64,000 nt of DNA from an uncultured Polaribacter sp. (GTDB lineage: Bacteria; Bacteroidota; Bacteroidia; Flavobacteriales; Flavobacteriaceae): assembly GCF_947495205.1 (NCBI RefSeq), contig NZ_CANLXV010000009.1, forward strand, positions 1,243 to 65,242. The letters are read 5' to 3'. Under the pieces are notes generated by a model that saw only the letters and a list, made by a program, of their open reading frames with translations, had not been told where the DNA came from and made no database searches. The translations under genes and the position numbers were made by a program. How positions within the stretch are numbered: position 1 is the first letter of the stretch; the number at the start of each line of letters is the position of its first letter. Of this stretch, positions 61,789 to 64,000 are shown piece by piece.

Positions 61789-62208
61789 ATGCAGGTACAA
61801 CCATTTCACTTATCTATACCCGTTAAAAATTTAGAAATTTCTAGAACATTTTACAGAGATGTATTAAAATGCGAAGAAGGTCGATCTACAGAAGATTGGG
61901 TAGATTTTAATTTCTTTGGACATCAATTGGTACTCCATGAAAAAAAAGACTATGAACCTCAAAGAATTTCTAATGCTGTAGATGGTCATAACGTTCCTGT
62001 ACCTCATTTTGGAGTGGTATTAACTTGGGAAGATTTTGAAAATTTTTCTAACCAATTAATTAAAGCAAACACCAAATTTGAAATTGCACCTTATATAAGA
62101 TTTAAAGGTAAAGTAGGTGAACAAGCTACTATGTTTTTTAAAGATCCAGAAGGCAATGCACTAGAATTTAAAGCATTTAGAGATATTGGGCAATTGTTTG
62201 CAAAATAA
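61789..62208 (+). CDS. VOC/glyoxalase-family protein
   Basis: 139 aa with a beta-alpha-beta-beta-beta pattern, PFHLSIPV and GNALEFK. Confidence 0.62.
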   Translation: MQVQPFHLSIPVKNLEISRTFYRDVLKCEEGRSTEDWVDFNFFGHQLVLHEKKDYEPQRISNAVDGHNVPVPHFGVVLTWEDFENFSNQLIKANTKFEIAPYIRFKGKVGEQATMFFKDPEGNALEFKAFRDIGQLFAK

Positions 62209-63092
62209 TGCAAATTATAGAAACCCATATTGCTAAAAAACAGAAAGAAACCATTCGTTTTCAAGAATATGGAGTAAAAATATTTACCACAATTACCACA
62301 AAATCTGGTTTAAAAAAAGCGATTAAAAAAGAGCTCATTTTTATTGATGGTTTGGTTGCCACAACTTCTAAATATATTTCTGGAGGAGAAAAAATTACTT
62401 TAATTAATAATGAAAAAACTCCATTTTCTAAAAAACTAAAATTAACTTTAGAAGTTTTATTTGAGGATGATTATTTAGCTATTGTCTACAAACCATCTGG
62501 CCTTTTAGTAAGTGGTAATAAGTTTGTAACACTTAAAAATGCCTTACCACAAAACCTAAAACAAAGTAAGCAAAAAGATGCCGTTTTGCCACAACCTATT
62601 CATCGTTTAGATTACCCAACATCTGGTGTGCTATTGATAGGAAAAACTAGTAGTTCAATTCAAAAATTAAGCAAATTATTTGAAACTAAACAAATTACCA
62701 AAACTTACTTTGCAGTAACTACTGGCAAAATGTGCAAAGACGGTACAATTAATCTTACTATTGATCATAAAAATGCAATAACAGATTTTTTGGTGATAAA
62801 AGCTGTAAATTCTGAACGCTTTACCAATTTAAACTTGGTAAAACTAATGCCAAAAACAGGTAGAAAACATCAACTCAGAAAACATATGGCAGGTATTGGT
62901 CACCAAATTTTAGGAGATAAAAATTATGGAGAAACTGAACTAATTTTAAATGGAAAAGGTTTGTATTTACATGCATTTTCTTTAACTTTTCTACACCCTT
63001 TTACAGCAGAAAAACTGCATGTTTCTAAAGAGTTACCTAAGAAATTTAATAAAATATTTTCTGAAACCAGTGCATTAATAGCTTTAAAATAA
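62208..63092 (+). CDS. RluA-family pseudouridine synthase
   Basis: 294 aa. Catalytic HRLDYPTSGVLL and KHQLRKH motifs. Confidence 0.85.
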   Translation: MQIIETHIAKKQKETIRFQEYGVKIFTTITTKSGLKKAIKKELIFIDGLVATTSKYISGGEKITLINNEKTPFSKKLKLTLEVLFEDDYLAIVYKPSGLLVSGNKFVTLKNALPQNLKQSKQKDAVLPQPIHRLDYPTSGVLLIGKTSSSIQKLSKLFETKQITKTYFAVTTGKMCKDGTINLTIDHKNAITDFLVIKAVNSERFTNLNLVKLMPKTGRKHQLRKHMAGIGHQILGDKNYGETELILNGKGLYLHAFSLTFLHPFTAEKLHVSKELPKKFNKIFSETSALIALK

Positions 63093-63147
63093 ATATGTTA
63101 TTTTAAAAAGATTTATTTTAGCAATTCAATTATTTTAAAATTTAAAA

Positions 63148-64000
63148 ATGAAGAAATTTTTCAAGTTTTTGGCTTACACCGTTTTAATTTTATTTGTAGG
63201 TGTACTTATTTTTTATTTTTCTAAGAATGAAGCACTTCCTGAAGGAAAAAAAGGAAAGGATGCAGATGCTTTAGCTATAAAAATGATAAACGCCTTAAAC
63301 GGAGAAGCATACGAAAATACAGAAGTTTTAGAATGGAGTTTTAGAAATACACATCACTACAAATGGTATAAAAAACAGCATATTGTAGAAGTAAAATGGG
63401 ATGATAACAAAGTTGTTTTAGATACTAAAAACAAAAAAAAAACAGCAGTTTTTGTGGCAAAAAAAAGCGTAAAAAACCAAAGTTTAATAAAACAAGCAAC
63501 ACGTTTTTTTAATAATGATTCTTTTTGGTTAGTTGCACCATACAAAATATTTGATAAAGGCACAGAAAGACGTATTGTAAAACACAATAATAAAGATGCG
63601 CTCTTAATAACTTACACTTCTGGTGGAGACACTCCTGGAGATTCTTATTTATGGATTTTAGATGATAATTACTTACCAACTTCTTATAAAATGTGGACAA
63701 AGATTATTCCTATTGGAGGAGTTTCTGCAACTTGGAATCAACTAAAAAACACAGAATCTGGTATAAAATTACCTACAAACCATACACTTTCTTTATTTGG
63801 TTTAGAAATTCCAATGGGAAATGTAAGAGCCTATAATCCTAAAGCAAACGAGCTAGCAAACAAAATTTTAAACAGAATAAAACACAATGCTTATCAAAAA
63901 ACACGCTATCTAGAATGGAGTTTTAGTGGCAGACGTTCTTTTAAATGGGATAAAGAAAAACACGTTGCAGATGTATCTTGGGATTCCATTCGCGTAAACT
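63148..64000 (+). CDS. hypothetical membrane-anchored protein; the 3' end runs off the right window edge
   Basis: Absent from the ORF track because it is edge-truncated. From the ATG at 63148 my translation MKKFFKFLAYTVLILFVGVLIFYFSKNE... stays open to the window end. Confidence 0.55.
   Translation, partial: MKKFFKFLAYTVLILFVGVLIFYFSKNEALPEGKKGKDADALAIKMINALNGEAYENTEVLEWSFRNTHHYKWYKKQHIVEVKWDDNKVVLDTKNKKKTAVFVAKKSVKNQSLIKQATRFFNNDSFWLVAPYKIFDKGTERRIVKHNNKDALLITYTSGGDTPGDSYLWILDDNYLPTSYKMWTKIIPIGGVSATWNQLKNTESGIKLPTNHTLSLFGLEIPMGNVRAYNPKANELANKILNRIKHNAYQKTRYLEWSFSGRRSFKWDKEKHVADVSWDSIRVN

Noticed and set aside
63357-63700. Minus-strand ORFs 63357..63587 and 63509..63700
   Set aside because: They are antisense to the edge-truncated plus-strand ORF that starts at 63148, and their translations are low-complexity.
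1-64000. Mobile elements, prophage, tRNA or rRNA genes, and self-targeting spacers
   Set aside because: I saw no transposase, integrase or phage structural ORFs, no tRNA-like T-arm signatures and no rRNA-like sequence. By eye I could not find any spacer matching elsewhere in the window, but that check needs a computational search to be conclusive.

Overview
This is a visibly AT-rich bacterial chromosomal segment. Four predicted secreted proteins carry C-terminal tails that look like type IX secretion (T9SS) sorting domains, so I infer a Bacteroidota, Flavobacteriia-like origin. Most of the window is ordinary, densely packed housekeeping DNA: recG, purL, miaA, recF, ribH, mutL, mtaB, mnmA, purB, msrB, an RsmB-like methyltransferase and an RluA-family pseudouridine synthase, plus peptidases, transporters and hypothetical genes. 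The accessory part lies at about 4.9-21.5 kb. It holds a 2304-aa calcium-binding-repeat surface protein and a complete type II-C CRISPR-Cas locus. That locus comprises cas1-cas2 (+), an array of 53 repeats and 52 spacers (36-nt repeat), cas9 (-, 1425 aa, catalytic motifs intact) and a clearly readable tracrRNA (+). The gene order is unusual: cas1-cas2 and cas9 converge on the array. The array also shows internal structure, namely two repeat-variant blocks, a duplicated spacer block and a chimeric spacer family. Other points worth a second look are a perfect (GGAAGTT)x9 microsatellite in a promoter region, a secreted endonuclease I fusion protein, a GC-rich structured element in a long intergenic region, and a K+ channel with a zinc-ribbon tail. 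I see no rRNA or tRNA genes, transposases or prophage genes, and no system that I can show to be genuinely new. All functional calls come from motif recognition by eye, not from database searches.
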